From: an uncultured virus (IMG/VR IMGVR_UViG_3300022924_000206)
Lineage: Duplodnaviria > Heunggongvirae > Uroviricota > Caudoviricetes
DNA: 64,000 nucleotides
Reading direction: 5' to 3' (one strand)
IMG/VR virus record: IMGVR_UViG_3300022924_000206
Both the position numbers and the translations under genes were made by a program. Below are positions 17,375 to 27,224 of this stretch, piece by piece. The notes under the pieces were generated by a model, which was not told the origin of the DNA, did no database searches, and saw only the letters and a list, made by a program, of their open reading frames with translations. Numbering within the stretch: the stretch's first letter is position 1; each line of letters begins with the position of its first letter.

Positions 17375-17737
17375 TCAGCTATAGGAAAGAGCAACGATGT
17401 GCTCTAGTATGGGATTATCGAGATCGAAGAACTTCTTGGCCACCTCTAGCAGAAGTGCCACCTCTTCAGGAGTGGGAAGCTCATGGAATGTCCAGGCTAC
17501 ACCGGAGCTCTCTTTAGGATACTCGTATTCATACAGCCGAGAGAGCCCGACGATAAAAACATCTGGTTCCCGTGCACCAGTCATGGAGAATGATCCACTA
17601 GTGTCGTAGGTGAGAGCATTGCCATGCTCTGCAGAAAAAGTATCGAGCTCTTCCGTTAGCTCCCAGTAGCTGTCTGAGACCGAGGTAAGCGGAACGCTGA
17701 AACCGTAATTTTTGCTTAGGGAGATATCAATGCCCAT
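17375..17737 (-). CDS. Hypothetical protein
   Basis: 120-aa ORF in operon. Confidence 0.7.
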   Translation of the reverse strand: MGIDISLSKNYGFSVPLTSVSDSYWELTEELDTFSAEHGNALTYDTSGSFSMTGAREPDVFIVGLSRLYEYEYPKESSGVAWTFHELPTPEEVALLLEVAKKFFDLDNPILEHIVALSYS

Positions 17738-17746
17738 GGGTAATCC

Positions 17747-18277
17747 TTAGTGAGTAAATGACTCTGCGTTGACTGAGAAGAACGAGTTATACTCAGCTAG
17801 CAGATGAAGGGCGATGGTGCGAGCGTCCGGAGGAATCTGCCCCTCAGGAATTGCTCGAATTTCGTCGGCGGTGAGCCAATAGAGCTCCTGAGATTCATCT
17901 TCCCCGGGAACTCCGTTCGGCTCTTCGCTTGTGACAAAACCGAAAGCCATGTCCGTGTGGAAATGAATAGGATTCTCGCCGGGGAAATCGTGAGTGCGTA
18001 GGGCTACTGGTACGGGATGAACTTCCTCAACCAACCCGGGGATCGGAGCACGAGCCTGGAGCACATCCAATTGAGAGAGCTCGTAGCCAGTCTCCTCTTC
18101 AAGCTCGTGAGTCATGGTTTCCCACGGGTGCTCATTGAGCTCCACGTGGCCGCCGGGCTGAATGAGAATACCAAGCTTCTTGTGGCGGTGGAGTAAGATT
18201 GCCTCTTTGTTCAGATGCACGATGAAAGCGCTCACCGTGAAATCGTGTTGGTTATGTTCCGTATGAATATGTGCCAT
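17747..18277 (-). CDS. NUDIX hydrolase (paralog of 16477)
   Basis: PGGHVELNEHPWETMTHELEEETGY; shared HIHT..HD and HFHTD. Confidence 0.9.
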   Translation of the reverse strand: MAHIHTEHNQHDFTVSAFIVHLNKEAILLHRHKKLGILIQPGGHVELNEHPWETMTHELEEETGYELSQLDVLQARAPIPGLVEEVHPVPVALRTHDFPGENPIHFHTDMAFGFVTSEEPNGVPGEDESQELYWLTADEIRAIPEGQIPPDARTIALHLLAEYNSFFSVNAESFTH

Positions 18278-18281
18278 TGGC

Positions 18282-18707
18282 TCAATCCTTCTTTAGGTAA
18301 ATTGATGAGTCATAGAGCTCAGTGTGTATTGGATCAATACGATCCAAGGAAGCCTTCGCTAGGTTATACCAGGCTTCATTCTGCGTATAGAGAGATTCCA
18401 CATCATCCATGAAGATTGAGAAGTGTTCTTCAATCTCGCCGTCCGCGTCAAGGATATAGAAAAACTTTCCATAAAACGGCCCGCCGAAATCCGAGCCATA
18501 GGATTTTGCCCAATTGGGATCGTTCACAGCGCGGTCTGCCTCATCTTCTAACCGCTCCTCTTCAGCATCTGGGTCAGGATCATAATCCCAAATTACCCGT
18601 CCAGCGAACTCTGACTTTTCGATCTCTTCGAGAATGATGTCTAGCGCAGCTTTGGAGTGTGCGTAGTTTGCAGGGTTTTCGATGCCAAAATAGTTGATGC
18701 TAAACAT
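18282..18707 (-). CDS. Hypothetical acidic protein
   Basis: 141-aa ORF in operon. Confidence 0.7.
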   Translation of the reverse strand: MFSINYFGIENPANYAHSKAALDIILEEIEKSEFAGRVIWDYDPDPDAEEERLEDEADRAVNDPNWAKSYGSDFGGPFYGKFFYILDADGEIEEHFSIFMDDVESLYTQNEAWYNLAKASLDRIDPIHTELYDSSIYLKKD

Positions 18708-18717
18708 GAATTAATCC

Positions 18718-18993
18718 TTAGTTTTCAGTGTTCTTTAAACGCGCAGCAAGAGCAAGAAGTAGCTCTTGAACATCTCCGGGAAGGATGTCATCCTCAGCCC
18801 AAGCTTTAGCCTCTTCGATGAGCTCGTCATCGGAAACCGGAGTTTCCTCGGAGTTTGTTTCTCTTTTCTCGATGAGTTCAACCATTGCGTCCACGATGGG
18901 ATAGTGGGAAAGATCACCGATCTCACGGCGGGTGAGCTCTAAGGCTTCACCGATCTCTCTTCGGAGTAACTGGCGCTCAACGAATTCCATCAT
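18718..18993 (-). CDS. Hypothetical protein
   Basis: 91-aa ORF in operon. Confidence 0.7.
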   Translation of the reverse strand: MMEFVERQLLRREIGEALELTRREIGDLSHYPIVDAMVELIEKRETNSEETPVSDDELIEEAKAWAEDDILPGDVQELLLALAARLKNTEN

Positions 18994-19334
18994 TTTCCTT
19001 TAGCGGTTTTCTCATTGTGAGTGGCCTCTCGAACTTTACGTTCAATACCTGCGGCCTCTTCACAAACCGGACATGATGTTATACCCCAATGGGAGCGATT
19101 CCAACGCTGAATATGGCGCTCATGTTCCCAACAGCAAGCATTCTGTGGATGATTAGCTTTACAAGCAGCCGCATTCACTAAAATTTTGTACTGCTGATCG
19201 TAAGCTGCTTGACGCCAGCCTTGAACGGAATAATCTCCAAAAGGATTATTGCGTATTCCCGCGGCAAAATCCTCACGAGCTTTCTCAGCGCCCTCTTTAT
19301 TCTCTAAGGCAGCTTGAATGTGAGCGTAGCTCAT
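18990..19334 (-). CDS. Cys/His-rich hypothetical protein
   Basis: C...H..CC..H..H...CPVC. Confidence 0.65.
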   Translation of the reverse strand: MSYAHIQAALENKEGAEKAREDFAAGIRNNPFGDYSVQGWRQAAYDQQYKILVNAAACKANHPQNACCWEHERHIQRWNRSHWGITSCPVCEEAAGIERKVREATHNEKTAKGK

Positions 19335-19345
19335 GAGAGGATTCC

Positions 19346-19606
19346 CTAATTTGTCTTAACTGTAAAGTTAATAGCCGGAGGAGCGGGCTTCGGCTGCTCG
19401 GGCGGCTGGCCAAAACGGCCGGGAAGAATGTTGAGTGAAGTCGCGTCTTCGGGAGACTCCACGAGAAGGCCAGCCTCACGAAGGGCATTGGTCACTATGA
19501 TGGTACGGGAAGCGCCAACGATACCTTTAGCCTGAGCCTCTGCCCACTCGCGCTCGGCGTTATAGACCACATGCTCGGCTTTACGCCAAGAGAAAGGGCT
19601 TTCCAT
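19346..19606 (-). CDS. Hypothetical protein
   Basis: Start MESPF behind AAGGAG. Confidence 0.65.
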   Translation of the reverse strand: MESPFSWRKAEHVVYNAEREWAEAQAKGIVGASRTIIVTNALREAGLLVESPEDATSLNILPGRFGQPPEQPKPAPPAINFTVKTN

Positions 19607-19682
19607 TGTTGCTCTCCTTTTCATCAAAATCTAATTTTAGATGTAATCATTCTACACGATTTCATCGTTTTACACAATAGGA

Positions 19683-19749
19683 AAGGACTTGTTCAATAAT
19701 TTTCGAAGTTCAATCTAAATGAACATACCTAATTATTGAACAAGTCCTT
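19683..19749. repeat. 19-bp perfect inverted repeat with 29-bp spacer
   Basis: AAGGACTTGTTCAATAATT ... AATTATTGAACAAGTCCTT. Confidence 0.85.
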
Positions 19750-19758
19750 AGATTAGCT

Positions 19759-20832
19759 TTACTCTAATCCAGCCCAATGACCAGCACTATGGCGATAAAC
19801 AGGCTTTCCTATGAGGGTGATTACCCAGCCATCTTTACGGAACTCGTAGGTAGAGCTTTCAGAATGGAATCCAGCTAAATCATTTCCTGTTAGGGCAATT
19901 GATGTATTAGTCCAATCGTCCTTTTCATCGTCGTCATCATCCTTCTTAAGTGAGTACACTTGGAATTCTTGACGAGTAAGAAATAACGGATTTCCGTGCC
20001 AGTGATCCTGACCTTCTCTTTCGTTACCCTCTGGGTCCACTATGACTACCTTGTAGTACTGACGGTTATCCACCGGGGTAATGTTGAGAAGTTTCACGGC
20101 CTCAGCAGGAGTCTCGTCGTAACGGTTCATTTCATCTACCAGTGAGTTCAGCATGTCAAAGTTGAACTGATCGAAGAATGAAGCCAAACGGACAACGGCC
20201 TCGATGTGTTCTTTTGCCTTTAGACGATCTTTACAGAACTCGCGAATGAAATCGGATTCTAAACCGTGAAAGTCGATGCTGTAGTAAAGTCTTCCGGGAC
20301 GATTCTTCAAGTGCTGATCTAGCCTAGATGAATCATTCACCGTGAGCACAAAAAGATGCTTAGTTGCTGCGGTGCCATCGAGCAGGCTTAGGATAGTCTC
20401 CTGGGTTGAAGGGTTATCGTAAACCTTCTCAAACTCATCCATAAAAATGAGCGCAGGTTCAGTGAGCTTAGCTAACAGCGGGCCCAGCTCTGTACCGGAC
20501 CAGGATTTATCGACAATGATAGTCGGCATGCCTGCGGTCGCGGCGTCTCTTGAGAGCACCTTACCGAGAAGACTCTTTCCAGAGCCTTTTTCGCCGGAGA
20601 GTAGAACTCCGGTGTTGCCGGAACGCTCGTTGAAAGTACGAATAATTCGTGCAGCCCATTTCTCATGGTCACCGTAGACTCGACCTAGTTTTTGAAACTT
20701 ACGGCTTCGTTTGAAGTACATACCATCGGGGCTGCTTTCCACGGTGTAATTTCCCTGAGGAAGGCCGTCGAGTAGGCTCTCTTTAGAGGGCGCTGGGAAG
20801 AACGCATCCCCTGTTTGAAGAAAGTAAGCCAT
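19759..20832 (-). CDS. AAA+ ATPase
   Basis: GEKGSGKS Walker A, IFMDEFEK Walker B, LLDG, NRPGR. Confidence 0.9.
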   Translation of the reverse strand: MAYFLQTGDAFFPAPSKESLLDGLPQGNYTVESSPDGMYFKRSRKFQKLGRVYGDHEKWAARIIRTFNERSGNTGVLLSGEKGSGKSLLGKVLSRDAATAGMPTIIVDKSWSGTELGPLLAKLTEPALIFMDEFEKVYDNPSTQETILSLLDGTAATKHLFVLTVNDSSRLDQHLKNRPGRLYYSIDFHGLESDFIREFCKDRLKAKEHIEAVVRLASFFDQFNFDMLNSLVDEMNRYDETPAEAVKLLNITPVDNRQYYKVVIVDPEGNEREGQDHWHGNPLFLTRQEFQVYSLKKDDDDDEKDDWTNTSIALTGNDLAGFHSESSTYEFRKDGWVITLIGKPVYRHSAGHWAGLE

Positions 20833-20926
20833 GGTATCTCGTTTCATTTTTATGATTCGAGCTATTGTTCCAAAACAATTGATAAGCTTTTCGTTCTGGT
20901 GAAGCTATTTTTGGTTTAAACCTAAA

Positions 20927-20957
20927 AGCCCTCGAACTTTACTTATGTTCGAGGGCT
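20927..20957. terminator. Terminator
   Basis: AGCCCTCGAAC / GTTCGAGGGCT. Confidence 0.7.
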
Positions 20958-20971
20958 CTTAGATTAAGAGA

Positions 20972-21250
20972 TTAGCGTTGGTTGAACTTACGCAGCTTCT
21001 GGATCCTCCAGATTCGGAAGCCCGTAACCATGTAGGAACCGAGAAGCGTTCCTAGGCACGAACCGGCGAAGAGGGAGAAAGGGCTAGGTGTTTCGATGGC
21101 AAGAACCAGAAACACCACCATCCCGCTCAGAAGAATCACTGTGGGGAGGATAGCGTCCTGAAGCTGTTCCTTGGTGAGGAAATCAGCGACGGAATCCAGC
21201 TCCTCTTGAGTGAGCTTCTTGGGAGCGATTTCAGCTACGATGTTTGTCAT
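20972..21250 (-). CDS. Small membrane protein (leaderless)
   Basis: Two TM segments; TACAAT-N6-ATG. Confidence 0.7.
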   Translation of the reverse strand: MTNIVAEIAPKKLTQEELDSVADFLTKEQLQDAILPTVILLSGMVVFLVLAIETPSPFSLFAGSCLGTLLGSYMVTGFRIWRIQKLRKFNQR

Positions 21251-21291
21251 AGTTCTATTGTATTCAGGTGATTAGCGACTTGTCAATTACT

Positions 21292-21522
21292 TTATGCCTG
21301 AAGAGTACGGCCGGTCGGACGAATCGAGAGTGTCGAGCGGACATCGCTCGTGGCACGGAAGTCAATGCACTCCGTCTGACTTCCGATGAACTCCACTCGA
21401 GCATGGCCGGTCTCGTGCTGCCAGGTTCCGAGAACCCAAACCTCGAACTCATCCTGAGGCTTCACGAAGTTCGGGAGCAGATTAGCGATGGAGGACTTAC
21501 TACGTCGGCGCGTGTTTTTCAT
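21292..21522 (-). CDS. Hypothetical protein (leaderless)
   Basis: TATGAT-N6-ATG. Confidence 0.6.
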   Translation of the reverse strand: MKNTRRRSKSSIANLLPNFVKPQDEFEVWVLGTWQHETGHARVEFIGSQTECIDFRATSDVRSTLSIRPTGRTLQA

Positions 21523-21598
21523 AAGTTAATCATATAACGGCTTATCTTGGAAACGCAACCTTTGGTACAATATTTCAATTCATCGAGCGGAGAGCACA

Positions 21599-21883
21599 AT
21601 GACTGCAACGACTACAGCCCCTTTAACGGCTGAAGCTAAACTTGAAATCATCTCTGAAAAATTCCATCCCACCGGCTGGCGTCAGGTAGGGTCAAAGACC
21701 CACGGCGGACCTCCGGAGTACGGCTACGTTTGTGAGCGCCACGGCTATTGTCAAGAGTGGTCCTATTTGAATCCAGCCCTTACCCGTTACATTCTGGATA
21801 ATCAAACTTGGGAGCCTCGCGAGCTGCGGGCAAAACTTCTAGAAGAATTCGCTTCCACCGGAGTAGCCCCAAAAGGGGATTGA
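21599..21883 (+). CDS. Hypothetical protein
   Basis: GGAGAG RBS; 94 aa. Confidence 0.7.
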   Translation: MTATTTAPLTAEAKLEIISEKFHPTGWRQVGSKTHGGPPEYGYVCERHGYCQEWSYLNPALTRYILDNQTWEPRELRAKLLEEFASTGVAPKGD

Positions 21884-21914
21884 CTCGCCTCACAAAAGGA
21901 GATACAATACAACC

Positions 21915-22049
21915 ATGACAAACTCAAACGCAGCCTCCGCAAAGCCCGTCCCCACTCCTCCGGCAAAGCCGAAGCCGGTAGCCTCCCGTGAGGAGCTTCT
22001 TGAGCTTCTCTCAGCCGGGCATGGAAACTTCACGGTGACCGTCAAGTAA
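21915..22049 (+). CDS. 44-aa hypothetical protein (leaderless)
   Basis: MTNSNAASAKPVPTPPAKPKPVASREELLELLSAGHGNFTVTVK; TACAAT-N6-ATG. Confidence 0.65.
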   Translation: MTNSNAASAKPVPTPPAKPKPVASREELLELLSAGHGNFTVTVK

Positions 22050-22071
22050 CAACGGTTACTACACGCCCCTG

Positions 22072-22172
22072 AGCGGCGCTGGATCGCGGTCTAAGCGAGC
22101 TAATCAGTCAATATGCATCGTTGTGTGCATAGACTGATGAACCCGTTAGACCGTCATCCAGCGCCGCTTTTT
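22072..22172. repeat. Long imperfect hairpin made of two inverted copies of the dispersed repeat
   Basis: AGCGGCGCTGGAT..GGTCTAA..ATCAGTC..TATGCA / TGCATA GACTGAT..TTAGACC..ATCCAGCGCCGCT then TTTT. Confidence 0.8.
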
Positions 22173-22254
22173 AGTTTAAAAATATGTTCGTTTTTAGTTT
22201 GAACTAGCGGTGAATAGATAAAATAGCTTCATATATTTTTAGAAGGAGAGCTCT

Positions 22255-22878
22255 ATGACACCGGGTAGTTTTATTGTAAAAGGAGGCGGTATTTTCCGCT
22301 CCATAGAGTGTGCTTCAGACGGCTTCATTGAAGATTTTTACCAGCCAATCTTGAATCAACTAAGCTCACTTCTTAATGAATATTCGGTTGAAGAATTAGT
22401 TCAGTTGATCGCTGTCTCTAAGCAACTTGATACCGTAAACTTTGAAAAGAAAATGTTCCTTACTCAGGATGACGTGGATAAGCTGAAAGAGCTAGAGCCT
22501 TCTCCTCGTACTGAGGATGATGAGTTTTGGGCAATTTTAGAGACTCTTCCCGCAAATATTGAAGAGTGGTCGGAAAACGACTGCGAAGATCTTCACATAG
22601 AAATGTGCGGATCACCCAGTAGTCTCTCGTTTAATTTGAAAGCGCAAATGCTCTCCGGATTATTTCTTCAATTTGGTTCACCTTTCGATGACGAAATTCC
22701 CTCTGAAGCCGAGCTAGCTGAGATTTTTGGCGACGAAGAGCTAGGGTCTATTATTGATTTCGATGAGCAAACCTTTACCTACCGAGAATGGGATGTAGCA
22801 GTCGTACTAACATTTGATGAGATCCGGGAATCCCCGGCGGATATTCAGGCCCTCTATGAAGAGCTTGAAGAGGGATAA
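22255..22878 (+). CDS. Hypothetical protein (tandem paralog A)
   Basis: RSIEC.SDG ... SLSFNLKAQMLSGLFLQ shared with the next gene. Confidence 0.75.
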   Translation: MTPGSFIVKGGGIFRSIECASDGFIEDFYQPILNQLSSLLNEYSVEELVQLIAVSKQLDTVNFEKKMFLTQDDVDKLKELEPSPRTEDDEFWAILETLPANIEEWSENDCEDLHIEMCGSPSSLSFNLKAQMLSGLFLQFGSPFDDEIPSEAELAEIFGDEELGSIIDFDEQTFTYREWDVAVVLTFDEIRESPADIQALYEELEEG

Positions 22879-22934
22879 GACCTCGTTCCCGCGGCGATAG
22901 CTAATAAGTGGCCGTGAGGCAGTTAGGAGCAACC

Positions 22935-23501
22935 GTGAGCATCGGTTTAGTTATCTTGAAAAGTGGCGATTCACTGAGAGCTATTGAATCGGAAACAGAC
23001 GGAACTTTAGAGCTCTTCTACCGTCAACATATTCGCTCATTTAAACTCCTCTTGAAAGCTCATTCTAAAGATAAGCTGAGTGAACTTCTTTTAGCCGCTG
23101 AACAGTTTACCATTTACCCTTCGAGTGAATTACCCATAAATCAGTCGGCTCTAGAGAGCATCAAAGTTCTTCGCCCGAATAATGTATCTCCGGATAGTTT
23201 TTGGAAAATCCTTGACGCGGTTTCACCTAGAGTCATTGAATGGAATTCGGATGAGCTAGCTCAAGTGGCTGGGGCTTTAGTTGGGGACCGAAATAGTTTA
23301 GCCTTTGACTTGAAAACACAGCTACTCAGTGGTGTTTTCGTACAATCCCCGCGAGTGAAGCCTGCCGCTCAATTATCTCCCATGGTTATTGATTTTGACA
23401 CCGCTTTCTTGACCGTGCGCTCGGAGAAATTCGGGCTGGGGCTCACATTCAAAGAGGTTGAAGATAACGCACCTTTTAATCTAGCTAAGTTTGCTAACTG
23501 A
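22935..23501 (+). CDS. Hypothetical protein (tandem paralog B)
   Basis: RAIES.TDG ... SLAFDLKTQLLSGVFVQ; GTG start behind AGGAG. Confidence 0.75.
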   Translation: MSIGLVILKSGDSLRAIESETDGTLELFYRQHIRSFKLLLKAHSKDKLSELLLAAEQFTIYPSSELPINQSALESIKVLRPNNVSPDSFWKILDAVSPRVIEWNSDELAQVAGALVGDRNSLAFDLKTQLLSGVFVQSPRVKPAAQLSPMVIDFDTAFLTVRSEKFGLGLTFKEVEDNAPFNLAKFAN

Positions 23502-23569
23502 CCGTAAGTATCGCGTTTTTATTGAAGTTTTTGTTGACTCTGTAAGGTATTCTGTGTTAGAATAACCTC

Positions 23570-23791
23570 GTGCGAATCTCACTGTATCTTACCCTTATCT
23601 GGCTTCCGTCAGCCCTGGTAGCTTTCGTGATCGTGAAAGTTCTCAAAATAGGTCCCACGGTGTTCACTATTTCCCGTGAATATGGTCTTGGCGTTCACTC
23701 CGGTGACCTCTACGCACTGATTCCCATGGGGATCGCTCTTATTGTTTCATATGTCCTCCTAACAAAGCACTCAAAGGTGGTTACTCGATGA
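23570..23791 (+). CDS. Small membrane protein (leaderless)
   Basis: Two TM segments, GVHSGDL; TGTTAGAAT-N6-GTG. Confidence 0.7.
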   Translation: MRISLYLTLIWLPSALVAFVIVKVLKIGPTVFTISREYGLGVHSGDLYALIPMGIALIVSYVLLTKHSKVVTR

Positions 23792-24369
23792 AGAAGAACA
23801 AGCTAATTTCCCCGGACGGTCTCACGGAAGTCAAGGAAATTGTCCATGGCGGCATCACGTTTCATCTTCCTCCGTGGATTCCTGAGGACGAGTTCCGAGC
23901 CGGGTTAGATTCCACCGAAGATGGAGAGGCTCTTTCCTCCGTAGTGAACATCAAGCTCAAGGGCTGGACCAACGAGTACGACTACGAGATTGACGACAAT
24001 CGGGATTTCCCAATTTTCAAGGTGACCGCAAAGGTTCCGTTCAACTCAGCTCGCGAGCTAGTGGTCAACCGTTTCACTCCTCACCACTTCAATGACTACA
24101 CCATCACCATTCAAGATGACGGCGTGGTTGTGAAGTTCCTGGTCACCGATTACCGAGATTTCAACGATGTCCAAGTGTTTGTTCTTCCGATGAACTTCCG
24201 TGAGCACCCCTTCCCCGGCAACGATGAGTGGGTGGAGGAGACATTCGATGAGCTGAGCGCTAATTTCGAAGAGCCCCTCCGTAAGAAGCTCTACTGGGAT
24301 GGCCCTTTCCAGGAGTTCACTCACAACGGGGAAGAGTATTTCCTACAATTTCACATCCACGAAGATTAA
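23788..24369 (+). CDS. Hypothetical protein
   Basis: 193-aa ORF in operon. Confidence 0.75.
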   Translation: MKKNKLISPDGLTEVKEIVHGGITFHLPPWIPEDEFRAGLDSTEDGEALSSVVNIKLKGWTNEYDYEIDDNRDFPIFKVTAKVPFNSARELVVNRFTPHHFNDYTITIQDDGVVVKFLVTDYRDFNDVQVFVLPMNFREHPFPGNDEWVEETFDELSANFEEPLRKKLYWDGPFQEFTHNGEEYFLQFHIHED

Positions 24370-24377
24370 GGATAACC

Positions 24378-24746
24378 ATGGCTGAAAATAAAAATCACCC
24401 CGTGAGCAATGAAGACCTTAGTGGGATGATGGATTTTGTTCCCAATGATGATCTCCATCGGAACATCGCCGAAGCTCTCGCAATCATCTTCTCATTCGGA
24501 CAGATTGACGGCGCCCATCACAAGGCCTGGGTTCTTGATCAAGTTGTGAGAAAGCTCACAGAAGACCATTATGAAGACTTCGTGAATAGCCACAACTTCG
24601 GGGATCTGGATATCTCCAACCCTGAGCTACTTGCTCAGTATCGGAAAATTGGTGAAGGTGACTACTACGAGGGTGATTTCACCGAAGATGAAATCTCATT
24701 GGTCGAAAACAATTACTACGAATGGGACGAAGGAATCGCTCCCTGA
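24378..24746 (+). CDS. Phage hypothetical protein
   Basis: GQIDGAHHKAWVLDQVVR ... YEWDEGIAP motif. Confidence 0.8.
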   Translation: MAENKNHPVSNEDLSGMMDFVPNDDLHRNIAEALAIIFSFGQIDGAHHKAWVLDQVVRKLTEDHYEDFVNSHNFGDLDISNPELLAQYRKIGEGDYYEGDFTEDEISLVENNYYEWDEGIAP

Positions 24747-24794
24747 GCTTCACAGTTCAATAAACAGACATACGAAACTAACTAAGGATAACTA

Positions 24795-25283
24795 ATGAGT
24801 GAACTACAGGTAAGAGAAACAACCGCCGTTTTCGGTGACTGGTCCGATGACGGTCATGGTAAGACCGATTCAGTTCGACTTCGCATCACCGGAGTAGACG
24901 TGAGCAATGAGGCTCTCTCCGCAGCAAGAGCTAAAGCTGAAGCTCTAGTCGGTTTCTCGGTGGAGACCATTTGCGAAGATTACGAAGATTCCTCCATTGA
25001 CGAGGATAATTTCATCACCATGCTCCAGCACGGTTTGCCCATCCTTACCGCCGAAGGTGAAGAGCAGTCTCCAGTTCTTTGTTACATTGACGAAGATACT
25101 ATTTCTGCTGCTGCGGCTGCTGGATTCACGGTGCTCTATTCGGATATTGATGCGGTGAAAGTCACCATGGCTTTCCTCGGCTACGGCATCGAAGGTTTCT
25201 CCTACGAGATCATTCCGGACGATGTAATCATTGGAACCTGGGGCGCTCCCATCAGTGGGTTTGGTTACGGACTGTACTACTGA
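24795..25283 (+). CDS. Hypothetical phage protein
   Basis: GDWSDDGHGK ... GFGYGLY. Confidence 0.75.
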   Translation: MSELQVRETTAVFGDWSDDGHGKTDSVRLRITGVDVSNEALSAARAKAEALVGFSVETICEDYEDSSIDEDNFITMLQHGLPILTAEGEEQSPVLCYIDEDTISAAAAAGFTVLYSDIDAVKVTMAFLGYGIEGFSYEIIPDDVIIGTWGAPISGFGYGLYY

Positions 25284-25316
25284 TACAAATTTTTATCTAA
25301 CGGAAGATGTAACACC

Positions 25317-26192
25317 ATGGCTAAGATCGGTTTCCTTGGAGATTTGCACGGCAACATTGCCGCTGCACGCTTCATGGTGTGGTCTATGAGCCAGCTTGGT
25401 GTCAAAACCGCTATTCAGGTCGGAGATTTCGGTCTCTACTCCATGACCGACAGTGTGAAATTTGCCAATAAAGTTAATGAGCTCTGTGAGCGTTTCGGTA
25501 TCACTCTTATTGTGGTTCCTGGTAACCACGAGAACTGGCACCTAGTAAATGAATTGACCGGCAGTGATCGTACTATTCTAGCGGAGTATCGCTCCAGTAT
25601 TTTCATCGCTCCCCGTGGTTACCGCGTCGTTTTCGATGGGATGAGCTTCGTTATGCTCGGCGGTGCTCCGAGTGTTGATCGCAATTGGAGAGCCGCGGCT
25701 GATCGAGATTTTAAGGCTAAGGGTAAAACTCGAGCTAATCAATATTGGTATTGGGAAGAGCAGATTACCGGAGCCGATGTAGATTATGTGGTGGCAGACG
25801 GCTACGCCGATGTGATGGTGTGCCACGATGCTCCCAGAGGGGTTCCCGGTGTAGAGAGCCAGATCAAGGGAAATCCTCATGGTTTCCACGTGGCAGATAT
25901 ACTTTATGCTGAAGAGGGAAGAATTCTGCTAACCGAGGCTTTTGATGCGGTGGCGCCTAAGTTTTTCTTCCATGGGCACTACCATTTTCCGGTGAATGAA
26001 CTAATCAAAACTCCGGGCCACGATAGTTTCACTCAGGTTATTGGACTGGATCGTGAGTTCAATAATTACAGCATGGGAATTTTAGACACGGAGACCCAAA
26101 TCGCCTCCAACATCGACCACAAGGCACTTCTTCGCCAGTTTAGAACAGAAAAGTTCTCCAATTCAACTCTGAGGGATATTGACAATGACTGA
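25317..26192 (+). CDS. Calcineurin-like metallophosphoesterase
   Basis: GDLHG, GDFG, GNHE, HDAP, GHYH. Confidence 0.9.
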   Translation: MAKIGFLGDLHGNIAAARFMVWSMSQLGVKTAIQVGDFGLYSMTDSVKFANKVNELCERFGITLIVVPGNHENWHLVNELTGSDRTILAEYRSSIFIAPRGYRVVFDGMSFVMLGGAPSVDRNWRAAADRDFKAKGKTRANQYWYWEEQITGADVDYVVADGYADVMVCHDAPRGVPGVESQIKGNPHGFHVADILYAEEGRILLTEAFDAVAPKFFFHGHYHFPVNELIKTPGHDSFTQVIGLDREFNNYSMGILDTETQIASNIDHKALLRQFRTEKFSNSTLRDIDND

Positions 26193-26787
26193 AGCCCCTA
26201 ATAACGAATCACTCGAGGAAGCTCTCGAACAGATTTTAGAGAATAACGCTGCTCACGATTTCAAAAACTATCCTAAAGATAGAGCTGAACTCGCGGTTGA
26301 GGCCGGTTTCAACGGAACACTAGCTGAGTTCCTAGATTGGCTAGAGGAATCGCTCGTATATGGCGGAATAATTCGCAAGCCCATTGTGGATAATTACGGC
26401 CGTGAGAAAATTCAGGTGGATCTCATCACCGGAGGTTATTCCTCTGACGAGCGCCTCTTAGGGAGAGTTTTCAAAAGTCCTTATATGAGTACAGCATGGC
26501 GTTCATCTCATGCTGGAGGACTCTATGTGTATGAGTTTCATAAAGAGTGGTTTAACTGGGCTCCGACTCAGTGGTTAGCTCCTAATGCAGATCATCCTTT
26601 TGAAATAATCTCGGCTGTTCGCAAGGTCCGCATTATTGACTCCAATGATCAGCTCATCGAATTTGACGGCGGATTTGAGACCGGTGTGGAGCTTGTGTTT
26701 GAAGAGGGCACCGAAGATGGGCGAAGAGATTTCAGTAATCTTTCCGGTATTCTCACCGTGCGCCCGTGGTCTGGCAAAATCGACTAA
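26185..26787 (+). CDS. Hypothetical phage protein
   Basis: TGGYSSDE...GGLYVYEF. Confidence 0.7.
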   Translation: MTEAPNNESLEEALEQILENNAAHDFKNYPKDRAELAVEAGFNGTLAEFLDWLEESLVYGGIIRKPIVDNYGREKIQVDLITGGYSSDERLLGRVFKSPYMSTAWRSSHAGGLYVYEFHKEWFNWAPTQWLAPNADHPFEIISAVRKVRIIDSNDQLIEFDGGFETGVELVFEEGTEDGRRDFSNLSGILTVRPWSGKID

Positions 26788-26830
26788 TAAAATGGTTGTG
26801 TTGGAATAGTTTTTAGGATACCATGGAACT

Positions 26831-27199
26831 ATGACCACTTCAAACGCAAACATAATTCCTGCTGACTTCGTTGACATCGACCGGGCCGTGCGTCGTGCCT
26901 GGGGTGCCGACACCACCGCAGCGAGTGAGTGGAGTGCGGAGCTTCCCGAGCGTGGGCAGTGCGCCGTGGTGGCTCTTCTTCTTCAGGATGCTTACGGCGG
27001 AATTCTCAAACGAGCCCTCGTGAACGGTGAGTCCCACTACTGGAACGAGATCAATGGTGAAGTTGTTGACCTGACTCGCGCCCAGTTCACCGGTGAGCTC
27101 GTCATCGAGGACGAGGTTGTCCGTGAGCGCGACTACGTGCTCAGCTTTCCTGTCACGGCCGCTCGTTACAAGCTACTCAAGGATCGTGTGCGGATCTAA
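26831..27199 (+). CDS. YunG-like protein (leaderless)
   Basis: AW..DT...RGQCAV.ALL.QD..GG...SHYWN..DLTRAQF; TACCAT-N6-ATG. Confidence 0.8.
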   Translation: MTTSNANIIPADFVDIDRAVRRAWGADTTAASEWSAELPERGQCAVVALLLQDAYGGILKRALVNGESHYWNEINGEVVDLTRAQFTGELVIEDEVVRERDYVLSFPVTAARYKLLKDRVRI

Positions 27200-27224
27200 T
27201 TCCACACCGTTTTAATAGCGAAGC

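Noticed and set aside
22072..22172. Possible CRISPR repeat or tRNA
   Set aside because: No repeat-spacer periodicity and no cloverleaf or T-loop; it is an inverted pair of the dispersed repeat.
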